Positions 1-14,389 of a stretch of DNA of 64,000 nucleotides are shown here, in pieces. This DNA is from Paramecium tetraurelia (taxonomy: Eukaryota). The notes under the pieces are model-generated. The model did no database searches. It saw only the letters and a program-made list of their open reading frames with translations, and was not told the origin of the DNA. The position numbers were made by a program, and so were the translations under genes. Positions within the stretch are counted from its first letter, which is position 1; every line of letters starts with the position of its first letter. The stretch is taken from assembly GCA_000165425.1 (NCBI GenBank), contig CT868058.1, positions 124,001 to 188,000 on the forward strand. The letters are read 5' to 3'.

Positions 1-2234
1 TTTGATCCATTTTTCTTTGGCTGCATCAGCTGTTACAGGATTCCGACGATCGTAATCATCATAGAAAGTCAGAAACTTTTCATCATAGGATTCAACAGTA
101 GCATTATCTATTCCTAATTCCACTATGCATCCACAAATCGATTGAATCGGAACTAAATAATGTAAAGTAGAAAGTCCTAATTGCACCCAAGTAAGGATAT
201 GTACTTCGCCATAATTAATCCATTCCCAAAACGTACAACCTAACTATTATATTGGATATCAAGGATCGATTACCGAAAAAATCATAAGAATCAATTCTAT
301 ATAGAAATCTATCATAGCCTCTGCCATAGCACTCCCTGTTGGTGCAGGTTTAGAGTCTCTTCTCAATAGTAGAAATTTCTCAGTCCAATAAATACAAACA
401 ATAGATCCAAAGGTAAAACATACACCAAGAGGTAACAAAGATGCATAGAGGAATGCTAGCATCAGAGTTTTGGATAGCTGAGCATACTTTTATGATAAGT
501 CGATTGTAGGACCTTCAAAGGCTCTTGTATTATGATAAATAAAATACTGATTTGCTTCATTTTATGTGTATTTACAATTAGTTCCTTATTTTAAAATTTT
601 GTTTCTGACATACAATTTGTAAAAGTAATTGACATCAAACAAGAGAGTGAACCATGGAACTATAGAATTAGTAATGAAAATCAACATGATATCAGTATTA
701 AGACCTCCAATTTACCAAATGGCTTGATTAAGAGTCACAGATTTATCTTTGATCACAAGATTAATAATTAAGGTGAGAATGGCAGTATTAAGAAATTAAG
801 CTACACCCATTTTGTATGCTACACTTACATTATAGTCCGTTCGAGTAGCTTGTTATTCAAGTTCTACAAATTTAATAATCATTTTTGCGAGTACACTATT
901 AATGACTGAAATGAGAATTGATGAAGCAATCCCAATGATATTGACTATGATTGAATCAATCAAAGATCCTTCTTCAGTATAGTTGTTGATAATGGATTAA
1001 ATGTAAGATAATCCAAAGAGACATCCGAATCCCAAGATAAGTAGGAATAAGGTCATTCCATTGGTTACTAGAGTTCTTTTATATTATTCCCTAATCGTAA
1101 TACCAAGATTGCCCCAAATGATATCTCCAGGTTCTGGTGCCTTTTTCACGTATAAACTGTTATTGCGATACTTTTGATAATGTTTTTATTCAAATCCCAT
1201 TTATTCAAGTAGAATTTAAAATTTAGTACATTTAAATGTCTTACAAACATTATCGGCCTATCTCTCATAATTGTAGGAGATAACGCATATACCACTAAAA
1301 TCAAATAGATTTTCTTTATGATCTTCCATGTAATCCAATTCTTTAGATATTGTACTTATTTCTGATTCTAATTGCAGTCTTGATGGGATAGATTTAGGAA
1401 TTGACTTGCCCTCGGCTTCTAATTCTAATACTTTTGTTAGTACTGACTCTTTAAGTTATTTCTACTTGTTCAACTTTAGGTAAGGTTGTATTTCATATGC
1501 AATGCACAATTTCCTCAATTCCACAGTTTCATTTTAGAAGGTTTGTGTGAAGAAGTGATTTAGCTCATTTTCCTTTGCATCTCTAGGAATGTTTTCTACA
1601 AAGATTGAATAATCAGACGCCAAGATGGCTGCGTCATCCAATTCCATAGCTATTTTATTGATGTGTCTCCTGTAAAATAGAGTGGTGAATAGGATGCAAA
1701 TAAGAGATATGAAATTCAATAGGCTTCGAACATTGTCCAACTATCTAAAAGTAGTGATAAACATTTACCCGTCATCGTTGGTAAGAGAAAATTAGTTGAA
1801 AAAATTTAACTAACATTTGTCTGTTCTACTATCGTCTAGATTATCACACCTGTGTCCTTGGATGTTGATGTATATGTTATATCCACAGCATATAGCTCTG
1901 CATTAATTGCAATATTGTACATATACTAAAATATGATGACACCAGAGAAGACAAGGAAATCAAAATATAATGCTATTCCAGAACCATTGAAACTGAATTC
2001 TTTTCGAGATGAACAGAGAGGTAATTCTTCTATTACTGTAGGCAATCCACAACATGGACAAACATTGGTTTTGTCCAGATCAATATTAGGATCAGTTTTA
2101 GCAAATTTGGTTGCAGCAGCATGCATTAATGCAATGTCTATTTTGGGGGGTCTTTGAAAATCATTATAGATTGCTTCCAATTGTTATTCTTCATTTTAGG
2201 TGACTCCAATCACCTACAATACTTAATTTAGCAT
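1..2234 (-). CDS. OSCA/TMEM63 (CSC1-like) Ca2+-permeable mechanosensitive channel family protein; 3' end runs off the window
   Basis: Ciliate-code ORF begins MLNQVLQVIGVTQNEEQQLEAIYNDF. It contains GSGIALYFDFL, ASDYSIFVENIP, KKAPEPGDIIWGNLG and a multi-TM C-terminal half, with short GT-AG introns. Confidence 0.75.
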
Positions 2235-2332
2235 TATTATATAAATAACTAATTTTACAATCCGAAAAACAAAATCATAAAATAAAGAATGAATGTTTAT
2301 CCCAAATATAAAACTAATTTAGTTGCTAAAAT

Positions 2333-2388
2333 ACGCACTATTTCATTTTATAATCATTATTTAAGAATAATTTAAAATTTTAGTGCGT
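2333..2388. promoter_or_regulatory. 8-bp perfect inverted repeat (ACGCACTA-N40-TAGTGCGT) in the divergent TMEM63/H+-PPase intergenic region
   Basis: Directly visible GC-rich arms at 2333-2340 and 2381-2388 within very AT-rich DNA. A regulatory role is inferred. Confidence 0.4.
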
Positions 2389-2412
2389 GATTAAAGATTT
2401 ATTTTAAAAATA

Positions 2413-4814
2413 ATGGAATTTGTGACTGCTCTTGTCTTCATATTCATAGCATGTGCTTGTGGAATAGCCTGGGCCATCTTTAATTGGTTGGCAGTCCACA
2501 AAATTGAAATCCATCACAAGCATGAAGGATTGAACGAGAAGCTCTAAGGAGATTAATAGGAGAAGATAGAAACTCTCTTAGAAATTGGAGAGCATATCAC
2601 AGATGTAACCCTCTTTATTTAATGACCAAGGGAGCCAAAGCCTTTCTAAAAGAAGAGTACACAGATTGCAGTGTGTTTATCGCCATTATGGCAGTAGCAT
2701 TAATAGTATGGAAAATTATATATTATTCAGTTTGTGTCTCCCTGGTCAACCTTGGCATTTGTATTAGGTGCTGCAACTTCAATGCTCTGTGGATATTTAG
2801 GAATGTCAATTGCCACTGCTGCAAATTACAGAACTGCATTTTGTGCAATCACATCACTATCAGATGCCTTTCAAGTATTATATGATGGATAATCTTATTT
2901 AGATGGCCTACAGAGGAGGTTGTGTTATGGGATTCCTTTTGGTTTCCATTTCCTTGTCGATTCTATCATTAATTATAATCATCTACAATAGTGTTTTGGT
3001 GAAGGATAACAATCAAGAAGATCTGATAAGCATGTTCGATTACGTGGCTGCTTATGGTTTAGGTGGTTCTACCTTCGCTTTATTCGGTAGAGTGGGAGGT
3101 GGTATTTATACAAAGGCTGCTGATGTTGGAGCTGATTTGGTCGGTAAAGTCGAAAAAAACCTCCCTGAAGACAGTCCTAAGGTAATCAACGCTATTATCT
3201 TAGAATCCGGCTACTATTGCAGATAACGTAGGTGACAATGTTGGAGACATTGCAGGAATGGGAGCTGATCTATTTGGGTCATTTGCAGAATCAACTTGTG
3301 CTGCTTTAGTAGTCTCATCTACTCAATTAAGGGTTATTACTGAATAAGGTCCCATTATTCACATTGGTTAATTGATGTACCCATTAGTGGTATCTGCATT
3401 CGGCATTATTATTTGTATTGCTGTCTCTGGATATGCGGTATTTATATAGAAAGTTACACACATAAATAAAATTGAATCATCTCTTAAATTACAGTTATTG
3501 TTATCAACCGTGGCGTTGTCACCAATACTTGTTGGAATAGCTTATTGGTGTTTACCTTCAGATTTTGTAATGATCTCAGCTACCTTTGAGATAGAAATCG
3601 GATCTCTTAAACCATGGCATGCGTTAGTCTGTTCATTAATGGGATGTATGCGTTAATAATAAAATTATAGTATGGTCTGGATTACTCATTGGATATTTCA
3701 CTGAATACATGACATCGCATTCATATACTCCAGTTAGAGAAGTAGCCAAGGCTTGCGGCACAGGAGCAGCAACAAATATCATATATGGATTGGCTTTGGG
3801 ATACTTATCTACAATTGTTCCTATTGTTGCAATAGCCTTAACAGCCTTATTGTCAATGAAATTGTTGTCCTTTTATGGAGTTGCTTTGGCTGCTCTAGGT
3901 ATGTTGTCCAATCTCACAATTGGTTTGGCAATTGATGCCTATGGACCCATTTCAGATAATGCTGGAGGTATTGCTGAAATGAGTGAATTGGGAGAGGAAG
4001 TCAGAACATCAACAGATGCTTTGGATGCAGCTGGAAACACTACTGCAGCCATAGGCAAAGGATTCGCTATTGGATCTGCAGCCCTTGTTTCTCTATCCCT
4101 TTATGGAGGTTACTTAACTAGAATTTAAACGTACAACAAGAACGGAGTATACCCCTATGCAGAAGGAGCTAAGATTGACGATCCAATCATATTTGCAATG
4201 TTATTGATTGGAGCAATGTTGCCATATGCCTTTTCTGCCTTCACCATGAAATCAGTTGGCAAAGCTGCTCTTTAAATGGTTGAGGAAGTTCGAAGATAAT
4301 TGCATGAGCATCCTGGTATCTATGCAGGAACAGAGGAACCAGATTTCAGAGCATGCATTGCAATATCAACAAAGGCCTCGTTAAAGGAAATGATACCCCC
4401 TGGATTGCTGGTAAGTATATTTGTATAATAATTCTAGGTGATTGTGACTCCCACTGCTGTTGGATTGTTATTTGGACCACAAGCTGTTGCTGGTCTTTTA
4501 CCAGGAGCTCTGATTAGTGGTGTGTAGATGGCTATATCTGCTTCGAACACAGGGGGAGCTTGGGATAATGCTAAAAAGTACATTGAGGCTGGGTTCTATA
4601 AAAACGATTTAGGAGAAGTCAAGAAGAAAGGATCTGACGAACACAAGGCTGCAGTTATCGGTATTGGATATGTAGAATTTTAGGTGATACTGTTGGCGAT
4701 CCTTTGAAAGACACATCAGGGCCTTCTTTAAATATTCTTATTAAACTTATGGCTATCTTGTCATTGGTTTTGGCTGAAACATTTTGTAAGACTGGCTGGT
4801 TATATAAAGATTGA
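2413..4814 (+). CDS. Vacuolar-type H+-translocating pyrophosphatase (K+-dependent type)
   Basis: Signature motifs [63 protein letters not shown] and [17 protein letters not shown]; seven ~23-28 nt introns; ends WLYKD-TGA. Confidence 0.97.
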
Positions 4815-4889
4815 TGTTATTAAATTGTAGCTTTTTCAATTGGATTTCATAATAAAATATTTAATGAATAAGTTTATTTATAACATTTA

Positions 4890-5255
4890 ATGAATTCTAA
4901 ATATTTCTCACCAAAGGCGAATTAACAATTCTTTGAAAAGCTTCCTCAGATGCTCTCGGCAGGGAGGTCTAAACTATATCGAATAAGATTTGATTCAATT
5001 TTTAATGAGTACTTGCATAGGAAGGCAGATCATTTCCAATTGGAACCAATTATGCAAACGAATATAACAGATTAAATAAAAGAGAAGGTTGAGAAGAGAA
5101 GGAGGACATATGAAAAGAGACACACTTCTACTTAATTAAGTCCGCTTGCCCATTTTCATATCCAGCCAAGTCCTTAAGTAAAAAACATGTAAAGACATAT
5201 TTCGAGAGGTAGGCGAACCAGATTTGATGTATAATTAAATTAATCATATATGTGA
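4890..5255 (+). CDS. Small hypothetical protein (intron structure uncertain)
   Basis: ATG MNSKYFSPKANQQFFEKLP with coding-like GC content. Removing the 20-nt GT-AG intron at about 5009-5028 gives ...QIKEKVEKRRRTYEKRH...SYM-TGA. Confidence 0.45.
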
Positions 5256-5279
5256 AATATTTTTAATAATAATTAATTT

Positions 5280-6779
<1,500 letters not shown>

Positions 6780-6868
6780 ATTAATATATGTCACATTATC
6801 TATAAATGCTTAGAATAGCTTTAATAACACAACTTGATGTATATTTTAATTATAATTAATATACTTAA

Positions 6869-8722
6869 TCACAAATCTTCCTTCCTTACAGCACTACTGT
6901 TATTTTCTATGAACTTAGCCAATGCTTCAGCTGTTCTTTCTGATTAATACTTTATTTGCTCTGGCTTATCTTGTCCTTTCTTAAAGAATATCAAAGTAGG
7001 GAATCCCTTGATATCAACAGCACTTGTCTAATGATTAGTCCAATCCATTTCAGCAATGAGTACATTCTAATTGTCTTTCAAATTCTAAGCAAGTGTTTTA
7101 TATGACTCTGCCATAGCTTTGCAATGTCCACACCAAGGAGCAAAGAACTTCACTAATACATCTTATTTGCTATTCAAAACAACATGATCAAAGTTCTCGC
7201 TTGTTAATTCTATAACTGTGCCATCACTCTTTATCTCACTGAATTCAGGCTACTTCTTCTCTGCACTCTCAAATTTACCCAAATTTCTTTCTAAGAATGA
7301 TTTCATCCCTTAGAAAGACCTATCTCCCTCATACTCTTTCCTTGTCTTGGTGTCACCTTCTTATTTAAATAGATATAAAGTAGGATATCCTTCAATGGGA
7401 ATATCATCAAACTGATTTTCTGTATGATCTACTTCAGCAATTACGATATCATCTCTATTTAATTCTTTGGCCAATTTCTCAAAAGTGGGTGCCAAAGTCT
7501 AACAATGACCACACCATGGAGCATAGAATTTAACGAAAACGTGTCTATGATTTTCAAATACTTATTCTTTGAAATTCTCTTTTGTCAATTTATGTACTTA
7601 TCCATCACCTCTTATTAAATTAGCTAGTCTCTCTGCTTCTCTTTTTGGTGCTTTTACCTCTTCTATTAAAGTTTCAATAGCCCTCTTTAATGTTCCAACT
7701 GAATCATCATTAAATGTTGCAGTGGTTGTTGTCTTTGTACTAATTATCTAATTAATATATTTACTCGTAATCATAGTAATAGATTGTCTTTTAAGCGACA
7801 GGACTTTGTTTAATCAAATATTCAAATCTTCTATTGCACAATTCAAGACTTGGGTCTATTATCACAAATCTAACCGAATTAGCATATGACTCAGCAATGT
7901 ATTTAAGTCTTTTGTAGAGAACTCCATTTTTTTATCCTGCAATTCCAACCAAAGGAATCTTATCATTTTCTACCTTCATGAATTCCTCCTCATTCAAGGA
8001 GAATACCAGTGGATAACCTTTTGTTGAAATGAACTCTGATAAGCCGTCTAGTTCCCCATTATAATGAAGTGGCTTCTCAAGGTCCTTGTTTATCAATGTG
8101 TATTTGTGAGGGTGATTTTAGCTTAACGCGGCATTCTCTACTATCCCAAATTTAACCTATACATGATCCAAACTCAAAGTGGATAAGTCATCCTAATTGA
8201 ATACATATTTCAGAACTGCAATATTTGATCTTTTTAAGAACAAATCAATCTATTCGAATTATAAATGTTAAAGATACCTCTTCTTAATTATATAGTTTTG
8301 TAATAGGATCGTAAGCATGCTACAAAGCGAATTCAAATAGTATTTCTAAAGAATCTGAAGAATTTGGAAAGTCATTTACCAGACCATTCCTAAACATCTT
8401 CATTGTGGGATAAGCATTGGCACCATATTTAGTTGCCAAGGATTTACTATCTTAGACATTAACTTCTCCTAATACGAATCCGTACTCCTTTAATCTTTAA
8501 GCCAATTAGATGAACACTGGTTTCATTTTTTAGCTGCGATTTAATAGATATTCAATACCAGTATCCACAGGTGTCAATGTAAAATTTGACCAATAATCTT
8601 GGATGTTCGTCCAAAGCTTACTAGAAATTTCTACGGCTTAATTGCAATATTCCATCAACCTCTGGAATTTGTTCTGTTGAAATAACGAAAAAGGTTAGTG
8701 CTAGTAATAAAAGGAATTTCAT
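6869..8722 (-). CDS. Protein disulfide isomerase family protein with three CXXC thioredoxin domains and ER-retention signal
   Basis: Signal peptide MKFLLLLALTFFVIS; TCGYC (split by an intron), FYAPWCGHC and FFAPWCGHC; ends ...RKEDL-TGA. Confidence 0.92.
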
Positions 8723-8826
8723 GTTGTTTTTTAAATATTAAATTTTCTTGCGTGTATTTTGCTGTTAAAATGAAGAATTTTCTAGATTCTTTATAAGCTA
8801 ATAAATTAAATAAATAAATTTTATAT

Positions 8827-10494
8827 TCATTGTTACAAAACCATTTTCTCAAACTTTCTATTAGAGTTACCCCTTCATGTTTTTTTATTATTGCTCCTCT
8901 TGATCTAGTAAATTAATTAATTGATTGTATACTCTTTTTCAATTTTGGTTGGATTTGATACATTTTAATTTGATTGCTGTGAGGTATGTCATCCTCTTCA
9001 TTAACATTGTAATCGTTCTCTTCTAAGATGCATTCCTGCTTTTAAACTTTCAATGATTAACTCTACTATCTTGATGTAGACGAATTCTATTCTTCCCTTT
9101 GTATGTCTGCTGTGTTGGATTTGCTCCTCATCTAAGGGGTTATACACAATGGGGAATAAATGGATTAATTGAGCTCCTGTCCCATTAAGGGTGTTTTGGC
9201 ATACAATTAAGAATTCTTTTTGTACCTTGGGTAGGTGTCAGCCCTTTTAAATATAAATGAAATTTACAATATTAATTTATGATCAGCTTATTTCTAAAAC
9301 CATGGATATTGAAGAGCTAATTCAGAACTGATTCTCAAATCTGGATTCTTTTCGAGTAATGACTTTAATAGATGCACTGCTTCTTCACTGAGAGGCTGAT
9401 TATTGATCAAATTGAATTCTATCTAACAATGGTAGTTTTTCATCACGATCTCATCATATGACTTAGCTTTGAATGGAGATTGACCAGTCAACATAATGAA
9501 CATCAGCACTCCAGCACTAAAAATGTCAATTTTGAAATCGTATATTTCATCTTGAAGTAACTCTGGAGCAACATAGCCAGGAGTTCCACATCGCTTAAAC
9601 ATGTAATCACCTTCAGGATTGTAAAAGTCAGCCAGTCCAAAATCTGCTATGACCAAATCGGCTATATCCTTTTTGGATCTTAATATCAAGTTCTCTGGCT
9701 ACATTATTATCATCTTTTCATTACCTTTATATCTCGATGCAGCACTCCCAAGGAGTGGATATAATCTATTGACTGCAGTATTCTAAACATTATGTGGGCA
9801 ACTGTCTTCTCGTCGTACACCTTGCCCTTCATTTGGTTAAACAACTCTCCCCCTTCTAGCAATTCACATACCAAAAATATATAATTGTCGTTTTCGAACA
9901 CTTCATATAATTTTATTACACCCACAAAGTCCATTTTCCTCATTATTGATAATTCCTTAATGAGAGCTGGCTAGACATTTATATATTTTATCTACCTTAT
10001 CAACTCTGATATCTTAAAATTTGAGCTTGTCAAAGGCCTTTACAGCATACATCGAGTGATCACTCTTTTTGGATGCACTGTACACCTTGACTTATTCGAT
10101 AATGCTTTACCTTTGCGAAATTCCCCTTCCCAATTAATTTATTTATAGTGTAGACATTGTTGAACCCCTTCTAAACGCATAATGATTTCAAGGAATCATA
10201 CCACATTCCCTAAGCTTATTCATTATGAGTGAACAACTCAACTGATTTTCGATTCTTTGTCAATTTAAAACCTGTATTTTTAATCTTCTCCAGGGTGATA
10301 TTTTGTAGATCTATATATTTCTTCGAACATGCCAATTTTCCATCCTAAATAAAGTAGTTGTTCTCCTTTTAAATTCCCAATTTCGAATTCTTCATCAGCA
10401 TTCCACTAATTATTGGATCTGATGCTTAAATCACTTCTTTCATCCATAAATTTGATTTTGGATCATCGAAAAACGAAGCTTTTGGTAAATTCAT
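8827..10494 (-). CDS. Ser/Thr protein kinase (CAMK-like) with N-terminal PH-like region
   Basis: GKGNFAKV, YAVK, HRDIKPEN, IADFGLA and CGTPGYVAPE are all intact. A ~120-aa region precedes the kinase domain; several short introns. Confidence 0.9.
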
Positions 10495-12250
10495 CGATAC
10501 TTTTTTTAAATTTGTAAAATCAATTTATTCAATAAATAATTTGCGTCTAATTATGATTAAATCTTGTTAAATACACATTTAATTTCTCCTGTAAATTATA
10601 TCATTTTTTAACATTCAATTAACACAATATTCTAATAGCCATCATTATTAATTTTCTTTTTCATGTTAATAAACAGGATCTTAGACAATTACTATACTTT
10701 TTTTATAGTGTTTTCCAAAAGGATATTTCCTATTTTGGGTAAAATGATGAATGTTGTTACTTATAATAAATAGAGTTGTATAAAATCTAGCTTGAAAAGA
10801 CTATTGTTTTTAAGTGAAAACTAAATAAACAAGTTTGATTTTTTCACTTTCTTAATAATGGAATATTATTCTTAATAAATTGTTTTTATCTTATTATAAT
10901 TAGTCTATCTCTGATTTTATAGATAACGTTTATCTCAAATGATATTCTGAAAATATTTTTTGCAGGAGTTATATTTATACTATTTTTAATTACAGATAAA
11001 GGTTTAGTTTAGAGTATTCAAGAACCAAATTTTAACTAAAATCATTAAATTATAGCAAAGAAAGAGGAGAAATAGATAAATTATTTTTTTAAATTCAGAT
11101 GAAAACTTGATTTTCTATATTTATAAGTCTAATAATTTCCATTAATTAATTGAGCTAATGAATTCACTTATGATAGTATTTTCTTTAATTAAAGCTAATA
11201 TTGACCAAAGCTCTTATCGATTATTTTTATCAAAAATAGTAATCAACATCATTAATAGTTTTATTATATTTTTCTATTTGTATCATTCTAAAATAAAGAT
11301 AAATTAGGACATATTTAAAAGCTTGGAATGAATGAATCTCTCTAGATAAGCAATTATTGATGAAATTTAAGATGATTAATATATCAACCAGTATAGTTTC
11401 TCCAAGCTCATAAATGAAGTTGCTCTATATAGGTATATTATTATAAAATAATGATAAACTATTTAATCAATGAAAATAAATTATAAATTATTTAATTAAA
11501 AATTAATTGTTTGGTTATTAAATATATATAAATGGATTCTTTAAAGGAGAGAAAATTAATAGTAAATATTGAATTGATTATATTAACTATTAAATTTCTT
11601 AAATTATTCATTTAATACTATAAATGGAAGAAATTAATTAATTTAAATCAAAGATATTATCAAAAATATGAGAATAATAAGTTTTTCTGCTGCATCTATC
11701 CAAATAAATAACTTTTCGTTACGCTCTTTATAAAAAAAATTCCTTTTTTTATTTGAGAAATTGGTTGATTTATGTAAGCTTTGCAAAAGCTAAAATACTT
11801 ATTTCAAATGTTAAAATGCAGGTGCGATTAAAGAGAATTTGAATTAGGAGATATCATATTATAATGATAATTAAAGAGATATATGATGTCAAATAAGAAG
11901 ATGAATAGGTTATCAAATAAGGTAAAATGATTACCTATAGAGAAATGACTATACACTGAAGTGGATTAAGTGGATTAATGAATGGGAAGAGAATCAAAAA
12001 AGGGAAACAGAAATTAAATAAAAATTAGATATTTAGGATTTAAGTATAAAAATAAATATTCTTAAATATCTTTATCGAGAATCATTTATTTTTTCTTAAA
12101 TAGCAATTCTTGGTATTATTATATTGCAAGGAAATTAAAATCCTTAAATAAATGGAGTATATTATAAGGAGGTTTAGGAAGTTTAACTGTAGAGCAAATT
12201 TGATTTAAAATAGTGTTTTTGAAATATAAATATATTTATTATTTTATTTA

Positions 12251-12514
12251 ATGAATTTAAGGTTGATGCTGGGTATGGCATCTAGATTAATAAGTGCATC
12301 TAGACCTTTAACTTGGATGCAATACCCATAACTGCATTTATATGCAAATCTGTTAAGCATGGGTTTCACGAAGCCCATATTGCCTGATACTTCAATATTG
12401 ACAATCAGCACTTTCAGACGAAAGCCTGCTAAGCTTAAGAAAGCCAAAAGAAAGCAAAGAAGAAAGAAGATCAAACGAATGAATAAAGCCAATAGAGAGA
12501 GACGTAACTATTGA
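12251..12514 (+). CDS. Probable mitochondrial ribosomal protein mS38 (Cox24/AURKAIP1, DUF1713-like)
   Basis: 87 aa with an Arg/Ser-rich presequence-like N-terminus (MNLRLMLGMASRLISASRPL) and a basic C-terminus STFRRKPAKLKKAKRKQRRKKIKRMNKANRERRNY that resembles the DUF1713 pattern. Confidence 0.7.
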
Positions 12515-12568
12515 GTAAATATTAAACACATATAAATATTATTGTACTTATATCTAAATATAAATTGA

Positions 12569-13214
12569 TCAAATTTCTAGACGCTTTTCACTAACATAAA
12601 TTCCATCCAAGAATTGTCTGATATCCTTATTCTTGACGGCACAAGCTTAATGAATAAGAGCACAGGTGAGTGATACATTGTTCAAATCATTACCTTAGAG
12701 TGTCAAGACATCTAGAGAGTGTATATGATTATTAAATACTCTTTTCTTCTTGTTCATTTCTTGTGATTGTGACTCCTGGAAGACATTTGATTGTTCTGAT
12801 GATCTTTTCACCAAGGAAATTCTTGATTTCAATTCCCAAACCCTTATCTAAAAGATTGATAATGATTGGAAAGTGAGCATATGCCAACACCATCTTGAAT
12901 TTATAACCAGTGGTCACACCTCTAATCATGTTTCTGATTGAGGAGGCAACTGAATTAACTTGGCATCTTTATTTTCTATATGATTGCCACATTCTAACAC
13001 TGACTCTAGACTTGGAAGTATTGGTTTTCTTGTTCACCTTTTTTGACACTTAGATATCTAAAGCAGCATGTCTAAAATTTTTAGTCAATTCACCTCTTGG
13101 TCCTAAGATTCATTAATTTGCACTATTACCTTTTACTTTGACCAACTTGGACTTGGTTGTGATTTCAATCTTCTCAGGAATTGCAACATGCTCCTCAGTC
13201 AGGATGTATTTCAT
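12569..13214 (-). CDS. RPL9: 60S ribosomal protein L9 (uL6)
   Basis: MKYILTEEHVAIPE, GPRGELTKNFRH, MIRGVTTGYKFKMVLAYAHFPI, KNFLGEK and KNKDIRQFLDGIYVSEK; 2 introns. Confidence 0.97.
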
Positions 13215-13385
13215 ATCTTTTAATTCTTTTAATTAAATTTTTGAAGTCTCAACCCGTAATATTAATTATTACGATCATTATACCATAAGATTATTTTGAT
13301 TGTGCATCTTGTAAACAATCACAAAAGGTATCCTACCTCTACATACAACTCTGTATCACCAATATCTAAATTTAAATTAATTATT

Positions 13386-14167
13386 ATGTCAAATTAAACT
13401 AATCTCATTAGGGAGCTAATAGAAAAGCTAACCCAACAACATAAGGACTACAAACTATTTAAATAGCTCATAAAACGTTAGAGTAAGGCTCTTGAATAAT
13501 ATAACAACGAAATGATTTAAATAAGCCGCTCATATAATAGTGATCTATTTAATGGAATCCATTATCATATGTCTCACTTCCAAAGCGACTTATAAAACCA
13601 ATACGCTCTACTCAAGGAACTAGGCAAACACTTCTATGAAATTAAATAGGAAGTATTGTTCTGTATTTAAATTAGGCGCAATATTACTCCAAAAATTATA
13701 CTAAATTTGAATTAAAACTAAATTCTACTTCCAATGCTTATGATGAAAACTCCATGAAAGTCAAACAAACACTCTAAGAAACAACTAATTTCTGGGCTCA
13801 GAAATAAGAATACTCAGTCATCAGAATTAATGACATGTCTAATAAAGGAGAGGAAATCATCAAAAAAACTAATAGTTTAATTTATAAATTTTCTGAAAAA
13901 CATCTTTTCTTCATTGACAATTACAAAACATGCTCTGGAAGAAAAAGCAGAAATTCATCTTGTAATCGAACATCTAGTTCCATGTAGTCTGCTTTGAAAT
14001 CAAAAGAAACAACAAATATTTATTAAGACAAAAGTATCGACTAAACTAATTGTTTTTAAGTTGGATAATCAATTCAAGATTTTGAATCTAATTTTAATAC
14101 TTTAAGTATCATAGAAAAGGAATAAAGTTAACTAGAAGAGAGACGTAACTTAAAAAGATGGACTTGA
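13386..14167 (+). CDS. Hypothetical helical/coiled-coil protein
   Basis: Open in the ciliate code (MSNQTNLIRELIEKLTQQHKDY...) with one 23-nt intron; ends RWT-TGA. No family recognised. Confidence 0.6.
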
Positions 14168-14389
14168 ATTAATTATAAACTTTATATATATAAATACTAA
14201 ATATAATTTTATACTGTTTAGTTCATTTTAAAAACAAAAGAACGATTATTTCTACAATTCTTATTATATAAGAAATAAAAGGGATTTAGATCTAATCTGC
14301 TTAATTATTTCTCATAGTTACTGAATTATATTATAAATTAAGCCAAATTTCTAATTTAATTATTAATTATTATATCGAAAGACTCGACA

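Noticed and set aside
13294..13326. Short hairpin TGATTGT...ACAATCA upstream of RPL9
   Set aside because: A 7-bp stem in AT-rich DNA with no ncRNA box motifs is expected by chance.
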